Shown: one piece after another, positions 8,051 to 18,300 of the stretch
Layout of the letters: every line of letters starts with the position of its first letter
Position numbering within the stretch: position 1 is the stretch's first letter
Origin: an uncultured virus (IMG/VR IMGVR_UViG_3300007345_000003)
Lineage: Duplodnaviria > Heunggongvirae > Uroviricota > Caudoviricetes > Crassvirales
Length of the DNA stretch: 21,861 nt
Reading direction: 5' to 3' (one strand)
Virus record (IMG/VR): IMGVR_UViG_3300007345_000003
Notes under the pieces: model-generated
Databases searched by the model: none
What the model was told of the DNA's origin: nothing
The model's input: the letters and a program-made list of their open reading frames with translations, nothing else
Made by a program: the position numbers and the translations under genes

Positions 8051-8269
8051 TCAGACGAAGGTGAACTCAATTGTGATCGCTGCCCTCCTGAGGTCTGGGA
8101 ACAATGTCCTGATTTCCTCATCTATTGCAGGCTGCAAGAAGTGGTGTACGACCGCTTCTTCGCTGGTCTCTGTAGAAGTGCGCTGCTTACCCGCGTCATC
8201 CATACCAGCATCGATATGCAGAAATCTCAGATCCTTAGAACATACTACTTTAACGACTTGCTTTTTCAT
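8051..8269 (-). CDS. Small hypothetical protein (72 aa)
   Basis: ATG-started ORF on the operon strand that ends 10 nt before the terminator and overlaps the upstream micro-ORF by 20 nt. No motif recognised. Confidence 0.6.
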   Translation of the reverse strand: MKKQVVKVVCSKDLRFLHIDAGMDDAGKQRTSTETSEEAVVHHFLQPAIDEEIRTLFPDLRRAAITIEFTFV

Positions 8270-8468
8270 GACTTGTACAATATATGGTGGTATCCTCAGT
8301 GATAGGGGGCTGAAGGGATAACATGTGGAGAAAATCCTGCATGTCTATTTCACCATTATTGTTAAAGTCAAACTGCGCCATGTCTGATCCGGGTGTGATA
8401 GGATTACCAAACCCCACCAGCAGCAGCAGAAAGTTCATGATGTAGTTGCTCCAGTTCATACTCTGCAT
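8250..8468 (-). CDS. Small protein with EF-hand / dockerin-like Ca2+-binding loop
   Basis: The likely start is ATG 8468 (or 8459/8438), after the upstream stop at 8489, rather than the ORF-track start at 8585. Contains FLLLLVGFG followed by DFNNNGEIDMQD (8334-8369), a D-x-N-x-N-G-x-I-D-x-x-D loop. Confidence 0.65.
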   Translation of the reverse strand: MQSMNWSNYIMNFLLLLVGFGNPITPGSDMAQFDFNNNGEIDMQDFLHMLSLQPPITEDTTIYCTSHEKASR

Positions 8469-8488
8469 ACGAGCACGAACCGATAAGG

Positions 8489-11400
8489 TTACTCTAACTG
8501 GTAGAATTTTGCAGCCTCTGCTGGATCGAGTGACTTGAATGTACCAGCCGCACCTGGGAATATATCCAGGAACTCTTTCACCCACTTCTTGTCACCCTTC
8601 TGGAATCTACCTGACCTACGCTGGTAGAACACATCTGCTTCGTTGTCTGCACCCAGGTAGTACAATCCTAAGTTCTTTGTTGCCCCGAACAACTGCCACC
8701 AGTTCTTGATCGGTGTAGAGACAGCTGAGGGTGAGCTCAGTATTCTAGCAAATTCAATTGGGTTAGTGTACGCTCTCATCTCTGAGTGCAGGCGGAGTCC
8801 TTGGTATGCCAGGAAGTCTGCTACGTACGAATCCATATCGTCATCGTCAAGCATGCTACCCATCAGTGTACCCAACAAACCCAGCATCCACACAAAGCCT
8901 TGCTCGTGCATGAACCTCGCCATGTTCTGTTTCTCTGTCTTAGTCATACCGGCATACACGCTACGGAGATCGGACTTGTTGTGCCAAGCGTTGGACATGA
9001 CGTTGAAGAACGTTTGGTAGTAACCTTCTATGACCTGCCCACTCTCTATGTCTGTGTGTATACCACCACTACCAAAACCAAATCTCTTACGGTACCCAGG
9101 TACAAAGTAGTTGCGGAAGAACATCAGCATCCTACCCATGGCATGTCTGTTGACCAGTGGCTTGTCCACGTTACCCTTGAGCTGGTTGGTCTTCTTGTTC
9201 AGACCATGCAGCCTACCAATGAACTCTGACTTGCTCCACTTCCTCCCATTCAGTTTAGCAACACGCTTGTCCAAGTTGTACTGGCCGTTCTCTCCCTTTA
9301 CAAACAAGTCCCACATGTCAGCAGGCTTACCATTTTTGTTGAGTATAACGTTACCGTTCTTGTCTTGGAACTTACCCTTATAGGATCTACCCAAAGCCAA
9401 GAGTCTCTCGGCTGTAGTCTGGAACTCTGCTGCGTGCTGCAAGACAAATGCACTATCCAAGTTCATCTTCTTCTTGAGTGCTGACCCTGCCTCTGTACCG
9501 AACTGACCACCAAACTCCTGCAGAGCATCTGCCCACTCCATGAGTGCCACCAGTTTGTTGTCTGTAGCAAATGGTCTAGTAACTCCTTCAGCTAATGCAC
9601 CCAGCCCATTCCCGGAACGATAGGTCTTACCCCTAGCCCAGAGCAAGTCCTGCCTGCTGTAGTATTGTCCAGCCCATGCCTCTGATGCATTCATTGTGCT
9701 ATCAAGTATGATCTGGTTACCAGCTTGTATCCAGTTACCTGCTAGAGCAGTGACAGCTGTAACGGTACCTGCAAACTGGGACAGCTTGTTACTGTCTAAC
9801 TTACCTGTAATGGTAGCTATCACATCGTCCTTACGTATCATGGACTGCCCGTAGAATACGTTGTCCACGAACGACTCGAACTGTTTGAATGCATTGCTGT
9901 TCCGAGCACCCTGCCTGTCAACCATATCTATCCCAGCCTTCTTAGCTACAGCATCCTTCAGGTAATCACCTGTAGTGGCCATCTCCAATTGAGACCTGCT
10001 GATCATGGCAGCACGAGTCAAGTTCACCACACCAGTCAGCTCAGACTTTGCTTTGTATCTGTGAGCCATGTCTGCAAACTTGATGATGCTGTTAGTGATG
10101 TCCTTGGACACCAATGCTGCAGGTATGTAGTTCACATAGTACTGAGGTATCATCTTCAACGGCTCACCGTTGGCTCTTCTCAGTTCACCAAACTCTGTGT
10201 CTGTCTCCTGTGCTGTGAAGGTATCACCCAACATGTTCTTTGCAGAGTCCTTGAATCCTTTCTCTCTGTACGAGTCGTAGCTTGACTTACGTACACTTGG
10301 GAATACGAATGACACATCACTGAACTGATCTTTGAGCAGAGGGTTTCTACCGATCATTCTCTGAGTATCGTGGTACACCTCCAGCAACAACTCCATGTAT
10401 TGCTTAGCCTCGATTGGCATGTTGGTGTACTTTTTGTTTTCGTACTCACTCATCTTGGGTCTAGCAAGATTACCGATGTAGACTTTCTTGCCTTGATATC
10501 TCCTGACGCTGTTACGCAGTGTGCTGGTTATATCGTTGATCTCTATGCTGAGTGCCTGCCTCTCAACTGGACTGGTGTTGGGGTCATTGATCTGCTGGAA
10601 GAGAGCAACTCTTCTACGTACAAGATCTGCCTCCACCAGTTCTGCACCGTCTATCTTCTCTGTGTTTTCGTAGTACCACTGGGCTGTAGCTTCTAGATAT
10701 GCTCTCCCTTCAGCACCCTCGAAGTATTCGTCGAGGAGTGTGGGGTCTGTTGGGTAGTTGTACTTTTCTCTGAAAGACTCGTAAGCTCTACTCCTGTTCT
10801 TGTAGAACTTGTTCATGTCCTCTTGCTGTACAAACTGTACGACTTCTTTCAACTCAGATGTCTTTGTCTCTGGGTTGTAGATAGGACGCATCACTGTCTC
10901 GTATATGTCCTCGTACAACTTGTCGGGTCTGTCTTGTCCTACCCCTTTCCAGTTAACGAAGTTCTTGAATGCATCACGCAGCTTGTACTTGACTGCTATG
11001 GTATCGTCATTAGATTGAACCAGCTTATCTCTGACTGCAGCAGCCACCAACTTGGTGATGGTGTCACTGCTGTATACTGCAGGGTCTGTCCACAGAGAGA
11101 ACCAGCTGACCTTGTTATGTGTTTCACGCAACTCGTTCTCAATCTCTTCTACCCCGATTCTCTTCTCCTCCAACTGCTTGATATTCAGCTCAGTAACTGC
11201 TCTTCTGCCTTTGGTTCTAGCCTTGAGGAATCTCTTGTCGAGTCTGCTCAAACCTGAAGTGAGGAAGATGCCCTTTTCCATGTTGTCCTTCAGGTTCTTG
11301 ATCTGAGAGTTCAACTGTTCGTTTATCTCGATGGGGGCAAATGAATGCAGTGTTCTCGCCAACACTGGGATGGCTGTGTCCAAGTACTCGTTGTTCACAG

Positions 11401-12316
11401 CACGCATGCTGCTCACTGCTTCCTGCAGTTTAGCCAACAGGAATGTTCTCTCAGCTTCGGTACCTACTACTCCCTCCCTCAGCAACTTTGTTTCAAGCAA
11501 TGCAAGCACAGACTTCTTGTCGTCCTGGTTGTAGAATGCATCGATCGACTCCTTGAGCTCAGAGATATCTCTAAGTGTCTGCATCTTCTCTTTGTCAGAC
11601 ATCTGATCCACCCTGTCAACATCCTTCTCGATGCGTGCTATCAATGAGTTACCTGCCTTGGCTACGGTAGCTACATAGTCTACAAAGTCAAAGTAGTCAC
11701 TTACCTTCTGGTGCTTATCTCTTACCTTTCTGAGGTTACGTTGCAACACCTTCAAGTCAGCTATCTGCTTTCTAGTTCTGTCGCTCTCTGGTATTCTACT
11801 TATCCTCCCAATCTCATACTCCAAGTTGGTGATGATACGGTCTGTGAGTATGTCAGCATTTTCTCTGACGTCCCCGTTCTCCTCTTCTAGTTCAGACTGT
11901 TCATCTCCCTGCTCGTTATCCTTATTCGGATTGTTGAGAGCATTGCTGTTAGCATCATTTGAGTCTAGCAAGTTGAAGTCCCCGGGCAGTATGGTCATGC
12001 GTGTAAGCACGCTGTTGTCCACCCTGACTCTGTTCAGCTTCCCCAAGCTGTCTGTCAAGAAGAGTGGTTTGCCTCCTCGAAACACATCAACCGTCATTCT
12101 GTTGATGGCATTGATAACTTTCATTGAGTCCTCTGCAGCATCTGATAGTGTAACATAGCTACCTATGCCTTCATCGAACTCTACCATCCCAGACTCAGCG
12201 AACTTCTCCATTAACTGAAGAGGGGTTCTCGATCCAGGATCTGTCTCCTCAATGTAGTTGAGCATACTGTCCAGCTCGGGAGCACTTACCCCATTGAAAT
12301 CATACTTACACGCCAT
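8489..12316 (-). CDS. Large virion cargo / DNA ejection protein (crAss-like), predicted helical with C-terminal hydrophobic segments
   Basis: 1,275 aa, coupled to the RNAP gene by a TAATG overlap at 12314-12318. Charged coiled-coil-like N-terminal half; Gly/Ala-rich and hydrophobic C-terminal segments (FAGTVTAVTALAGNWIQAG; GFVWMLGLLGTLMGSML at 8849-8899). Function inferred from position and composition. Confidence 0.65.
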   Translation of the reverse strand: MACKYDFNGVSAPELDSMLNYIEETDPGSRTPLQLMEKFAESGMVEFDEGIGSYVTLSDAAEDSMKVINAINRMTVDVFRGGKPLFLTDSLGKLNRVRVDNSVLTRMTILPGDFNLLDSNDANSNALNNPNKDNEQGDEQSELEEENGDVRENADILTDRIITNLEYEIGRISRIPESDRTRKQIADLKVLQRNLRKVRDKHQKVSDYFDFVDYVATVAKAGNSLIARIEKDVDRVDQMSDKEKMQTLRDISELKESIDAFYNQDDKKSVLALLETKLLREGVVGTEAERTFLLAKLQEAVSSMRAVNNEYLDTAIPVLARTLHSFAPIEINEQLNSQIKNLKDNMEKGIFLTSGLSRLDKRFLKARTKGRRAVTELNIKQLEEKRIGVEEIENELRETHNKVSWFSLWTDPAVYSSDTITKLVAAAVRDKLVQSNDDTIAVKYKLRDAFKNFVNWKGVGQDRPDKLYEDIYETVMRPIYNPETKTSELKEVVQFVQQEDMNKFYKNRSRAYESFREKYNYPTDPTLLDEYFEGAEGRAYLEATAQWYYENTEKIDGAELVEADLVRRRVALFQQINDPNTSPVERQALSIEINDITSTLRNSVRRYQGKKVYIGNLARPKMSEYENKKYTNMPIEAKQYMELLLEVYHDTQRMIGRNPLLKDQFSDVSFVFPSVRKSSYDSYREKGFKDSAKNMLGDTFTAQETDTEFGELRRANGEPLKMIPQYYVNYIPAALVSKDITNSIIKFADMAHRYKAKSELTGVVNLTRAAMISRSQLEMATTGDYLKDAVAKKAGIDMVDRQGARNSNAFKQFESFVDNVFYGQSMIRKDDVIATITGKLDSNKLSQFAGTVTAVTALAGNWIQAGNQIILDSTMNASEAWAGQYYSRQDLLWARGKTYRSGNGLGALAEGVTRPFATDNKLVALMEWADALQEFGGQFGTEAGSALKKKMNLDSAFVLQHAAEFQTTAERLLALGRSYKGKFQDKNGNVILNKNGKPADMWDLFVKGENGQYNLDKRVAKLNGRKWSKSEFIGRLHGLNKKTNQLKGNVDKPLVNRHAMGRMLMFFRNYFVPGYRKRFGFGSGGIHTDIESGQVIEGYYQTFFNVMSNAWHNKSDLRSVYAGMTKTEKQNMARFMHEQGFVWMLGLLGTLMGSMLDDDDMDSYVADFLAYQGLRLHSEMRAYTNPIEFARILSSPSAVSTPIKNWWQLFGATKNLGLYYLGADNEADVFYQRRSGRFQKGDKKWVKEFLDIFPGAAGTFKSLDPAEAAKFYQLE

Positions 12317-15300
12317 TATTCACACTTTTTTTGTATGGACATTACCTGCTTCATTTCCTCGAAGTCATCTATCGCTTTCTCTGTCTGTGCATTCAACATC
12401 TCTACAGCATAACCTGCCATAGATTTTGCACCGGTTCTGGTAACGTCCTTGTTTGCTTGTGCAGTTATGATACTGCTGGTTCCTGAGGTTGTCCCACTCT
12501 CATCACGCAAGTTAACCTCAAACAACTTACCATTGATACTCTTCTGTTGTACAGGCTCCCAGGTGTACTTGCTCTTTCTCTGCAGCAGGGTATACCTGTC
12601 AGTTTTCTTTGACCCTATGTTGCGCACCTTGATGAACACTGGGTATGCATCTGGGTTTTTCTTTGCACTGAACGTACCGTCAGCGTTCTTCTTGAACATA
12701 CCCTTGAGCTTCTTGGTGTCGTACCCAACAGTCTGAACCAAGTCTCTACCATCAACTGTGGAGAGTCCGTAGGTTCTCATGTACTCGAACAAGAATGGGT
12801 CGAAGTACTGTGGGTTGTTCTGAGCTCTGCTCATCTGACGTCTGACGAACTCTGCAGCTGTAGGGAACAGCGGTGTACCGTTCTGATCCTTGAGCTCAGA
12901 GCGTCTCTTTGTCATGAAGTACTCTACAGGTATGCTGTCGAAGTACGAACCGAACGTAGGAGATGCACCAGTTCTAACCAGTGAGTTCAAGATGAGGTCC
13001 TCAGCAAACTCCTTGATGGCTGTCTGCAGCTTTGGGTCAGAGGTATACTTCCTTGGATTCTCCAAGAGTTCCTGGAAGTCCCTCTTCATCAGGTTACGCA
13101 TGTCCGTAGACTTGTCGTCTATGTTGTTCATCTCAACACCAAACGTTCTGCTCTTCTTTGTGGTCTTCACTGACGCTATCCTGGAGATTACGTAGTTGTC
13201 TTGCAGTCTAGGTACAGCTCTTCTGAGCCTAGCAGCTTTGGCTGCTATGTTGGTTCTCTTGTCCAGGAATAGCTCCTTCGCTCTCTCGGTTGTAAGCATA
13301 TCAGCAAACGGATTGATGTCTGTCTGCTTCCCGTTTATGCTCACAAACTCTGGTCTGGTCATCATCCAGTAGAACGCTGCACGGTTGACTGCTCTGTGCT
13401 GGGCAGCACTAAAGTCTCTTGTACCTACAGCTTCCATCACCCTCGTCTTGAAGTTGTTCATAGACTGGCTAGATGAACCAAAGTAGTTGTTGGAGAGGGA
13501 CAGTACTTCGGTTATCAAGTTGTAGTACGACTGTGATATACCGAACTGGTTGTCCACCAAGAACTGTTGTACGGCACCCATGCTGATGATGGGGCTTGTA
13601 TTCTTAGAATACTTCTGCAGCTTACCAAGGTATCCTTGTATCTCCCCTATCTCACCCAACCCATCCAGGGTATCAGGTGCAATGATCTCGTAGAACTCTT
13701 GCAGTTCTTCACCCCTCATCAGACCGATTGCAAAGTTGTTGAACAGCTTGTTCTCGAGTTCTTTGGCCTCGCCTTGCAGCCCCTTTTTACCAGCTCGGCG
13801 TGCACTCTGCAACACACTGAGTACATCGTCCTTTGTGAAACTCTGTATACGAGTCTTAGCTTTCATCTGCTTCTGGTCCATGAAGCTGATACCCATCTCC
13901 TTCAATGCCATCTTTACACTGAGAGGTCCTGTCTCACTACCGATACCCTTACGCAGTTCCACAAACTTGAGGACTGATGGTATGTTCATGAGTCCTTCTA
14001 TTGCTACAAGGTCATCGTTGACTGTTGCATCTGTCATGAAAGAACCGAAGAACACTGTGGCTGCGTGTGTGAACTTGTTGTCGTTTGTCAAACCAGGGAT
14101 AGGAGTCTTACCCGCATCGAGGTGTGAAGACAGCTTCTCTTGGAAGTATCCTGCCACAGCTCTAGATGATCTGATGCCTGTTCTTGACACACCATTGAGT
14201 GTGAAGTGAGACCTACCGTTAACAGATGTACCCTGCTTACCGTCTTGTACAACTTCACCCTGGCTGGCAATTGCATATCCTGCCATGGCTTTTGCATACA
14301 CACCCACACCTGTTGCAGATGACTTAAACTTCTGCTCCATCTCTATCTCTACGAGTGGGTGCCAGAATGGGTAGTCTGTTTTAAGCAGGTCTTTCTTCAG
14401 TACATCTTTAGTGAACGCCTCAAGTCTGTTTGTGTTCAGAGGCTTGAACGTTTCTACAGTGTGGTTGGGGGACATAGAGATGGCCTCTATGATATCCAAC
14501 ATGCTGTTACGTATGGCTGACTCAGACTGCATCTCCAATGGGAGCAGTGGGTCTATAGCATCCTTTGTGAATCCTTCTCTTGCACTACCACTGAACTCAG
14601 GGAACATGGTAAACATCTTATCGATGTCAAAGTCAGAACCTGTTTGTTCGGTAATGTTGGCTGGCACCATCACAGTCTTCTTGTGAGACTTTGGGAGTAT
14701 ACCTGCCACTTTGGCTATCACTGTCGATGACTTACCCTGGTGTGGTATACGGTACATCACCATACGTCTCAACTCCTCAGGTATCTCTGACAAGTTATCT
14801 CCAGGCTTGAGACCATACTTCTTGGCTATGTCTGGTGAGATCATAACCTCAGCATGTCTTGTAAACCCGTTGTCATCCACACTCAGGTATCTCAGCTCTC
14901 TCTTCTCGTATTCACCTGTCTCGTAGTTGAACACATTGAACGTACCAGGCGCTGCAACCTGCACCATCTCCTTACCCTTCATGAACATCTTGAACACTCT
15001 GGTACGGAACATAGAGAAGAACAAGTTCTCGTACTCCTTGAGGTATGTTGGGAAGCCAAGTGGGAGAGCGAAGTCCACCTCGTTGGTGATCGGGTCAGCT
15101 ATGATGTTAAGCTGAGCTTCTATGTTCTCATCAAGCTGGTCTCTCTCCATCTTGTTTCTCAGGAACACGTCCCGCATCTTTTTGAGGGCCTCCACCTTTT
15201 TGTCCTCAGGTATCAAACCTGTTCTTGGGTCAACCTCGTCAAGTCCTAGCTCTTCCTTGAGCTCTTGCATTGCTCTTCTCTGAAGCTCCTTGAATGAGTT

Positions 15301-18300
15301 GTGGAATCGCTCCTTAATCTCCAACCCAGATATTGGTTCGGACTGTATGTCTGTACCGTAGTTGAGCACGTATGTGTCAGTTGGGTTGACAAGCATGAGT
15401 GTACTCTTGGTGATCTGCTTGTTCAATCTCACAACGTCAGTACCCTTGTCTGCTATGTTCTGAGGCATCAGCAATCTCTCACCCTGTTGCTGCACGATGA
15501 CCTGCTCGTTCTTCATCTCCAAGAACTGCTCGTATGGTACAGCTCTTTCCTTGCTGCCCTTCTTGCCTGTAACAAAGTTGACCAAATCAATTGGTGCAGT
15601 GGGGTCCATCATACGTTCGTACAACCGTCCCAGCACATCACTCTGTGCAGCAATCTCAGGTGTCAGTACGAAGTATGAGTTCTTGTCTGCTTCGATGGTA
15701 AGTGTGTTGCCTCCGTGCAGTTTGAGGTTCTCGTAGTAGAACTTGTAAGGTGCAGTGTATTCTGCCTTCCACTTACCCATAGCAGCTGCTATGTTAGAAC
15801 CAGCTTTGTCGAACTCTTTGTACCACTCTTCCTGTTCTGGTGTCCATCTACCATTACCCTGTTCGATCTTACGAGCGAATGCTGGGGAGATGATACCCTG
15901 TGCGTCAGTAGCATTTGCTACCCCAGTCATATATCTCTTGGCCATCCCGTCTGCCTCCTCTTCCGTAGCTCCGTTTGCCAAAGCGGCTTTCTTTATACCA
16001 GCAGCTATCTCGGTATGGACAGGGTCAGATGTAGTGAAGTCCTCTAGGGTTGCTGTGTTGAAGATTCTCTTCATACCGTACTCCGGGCTTCTAGAGAAGT
16101 CACCCTCCATGTACATGCGGTTACCTGGTGTGTTGATCAGGCCCATACGCTTGAAGTAGTCTACTGTATCCTTGAACATCTGAGTTCCACCACGGAATGT
16201 CTTAGACATTGAGATGCGATAGATCATATCATCTGCCACAAACTGTCTGATGGCAGAGTCAAGTCCTCCCTCGTTCTTGATGCCAGCAGAGTCAAAGCTG
16301 TGCTCGAATTTCTGTGTGCCTTCTATCTGACGTATGATACCGTAATCCTTGAGCTTCTGCCTGACCTCACTGACTGCCTTGTTGAAGTTGTTGTCATGGA
16401 ACTCTTCTGCGAGACCTATCACTTCGTTGACGGTGTCTCTGTACATGTCCCCTTCGTCCTGCTCTTTGAATGCTTTGTGCAATCTCTTAGCCAACGTTTC
16501 AAGCTTGCTGCCTTTCTTCACTCTACCAAGCAGGTAAGTATCACGGAATGTGGTATCCTGCTTTCCATACTTGTTGTGGTACCCAGGTATTAGCTCACCC
16601 CCATTCTTTATGGTCTCAAGTGCTGCACCAATACCAAGCAGGTCTTGCACCATGATGTTACGGATGTAAGTCTTGACATCTGAGTTGGTGATACCATACT
16701 CAGTAGCAGCACCAGCCTTGGTGAGCTTAGGCAGACCCTTGATAAGTGTAAGCCTGTTACGAGTCTCCTGTGTAGATACTGCTATTGTGCTCTCTGTAGG
16801 GTTGTTGCTGTTCAGGTATGCATCTATGCGGAGTATGAGAGAGTCACGTTCAAACAAAGTCTTGTACGTAGTCTTACCTACCTCGTCTGATGTGTTCTTC
16901 ACCACGTCAAACTCACCAAACATCGGGGTGAACTTGCTCTTCTTCATCAGCAGGAAGAACGGGTCTTGGAACTCTGCTCTACCATACACACTGAACCTCG
17001 GGTCTTTCTCCATCAGCTTGTGCAGTGAAGTAGCATCCCCGTTCGTTACCTGTGACATCAAGTAGTTGAAGTGTGTTGGGAGGTTGTATGCGTAACGCAT
17101 CTTACCATCACCACCCACAAAGCCCATGGCCTCCATAGCTTCTATACGAGGAGCTATTTCTTTGGCCAAGTACTGTATGCCTGTATAGATTCTCTTACCT
17201 CTTGGTGTTCTTGCAGTGAACATGTCACGTACATTTTCAGAGGGGGAGATCTTACCTATGTCGTTACCTATCTGACGTGTGTCGAATGCACTACCGATCA
17301 GTTGGTTGATGAATATCTTCTGAGCAAACTGCTTCAAGACATCGATCTCATCCAGCTGCCCCTGACGTACGAGGTTCATCTCGTCTGTCTTGGCAGAGAT
17401 GTATGTCTTAAGTATCTGTCTGGACAGCTCTCTTGAGTCAGTTGTTCTCAGACCCAAGTCGAACAGCATGTCAGACATAGCCTCCACTCTGTCAGCCAAA
17501 GGTCTTGATGGGTCTTGGTATATCTGTCGGCTCTCTTCTATACGCTTAGCTCTTTCCTCTGCGTCCTTAACAGTAAGCTTACCGTTCTCATCTTCGACAT
17601 AGAAAGCGTCTGGGTTCTCAATACCAAGGGTCTCACGGTTTGTTCTCCACCGCTCCAGCATCGTTCTGTCCTGAGACATTCTATCTGAGTCGTAGCTGAA
17701 GACTCTCTTCTTGTCATCAGAGAAGTCACGCTCGAACACCATGTGAGTTGTGTAGTCAAGTCTAAACAGGTTAGTGATCAGAGCATGCTCATGTGCTTGT
17801 ATAGATGGGGAGTCCAAGTAGTCTACCAGTGGTCTCAACTCTGGGTTGAAACTCTGAGCCTTACGGAGAGCATCCATGATGTTGTCTGTGCTCTGCTGGT
17901 TCTTAGCTGCAGAAACTGCTTTACGGACAATGGTATCCATGTTAGCGTAAGTGACAACCCCAAGTCTGTTGGGTGCTGCTGACTTGATCTTAGAGATTGC
18001 AATGCGAGCCATGCGAGACATGCGTGCATCGTCAAGTGGTGACATCTCGAACTGACCCTTGTCGTATATCTTGTCGAAGTGCTGTTGCTGCTCTTCTGAC
18101 ATTGTCTCGTACTCAGCTACTGTATCGATCAGCTTAACGTCATACCCTTTCTGCTGCAGTGACTCAAGCATGATGCTTCTCCACCCAGTAGTCAACGGGT
18201 TCTCGAACTGATCGTTTGTGCTTTGATCATTCCAGTTCATGTACACATCCTGATACATGAACGAGATGTTCTGCTGCATGCTTGTTGGGAGGCCTAGCGT

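Noticed and set aside
8061..8321. 86-aa + strand ORF after ung
   Set aside because: It lies beyond the bidirectional terminator and is antisense to two better-supported - strand ORFs.
8469..8585. N-terminal extension of the 111-aa ORF 8250..8585 in the ORF track
   Set aside because: It overlaps the 3' end of the 1,275-aa gene by about 100 nt from a GTG. ATGs at 8468/8459 just after that gene's stop are more plausible.
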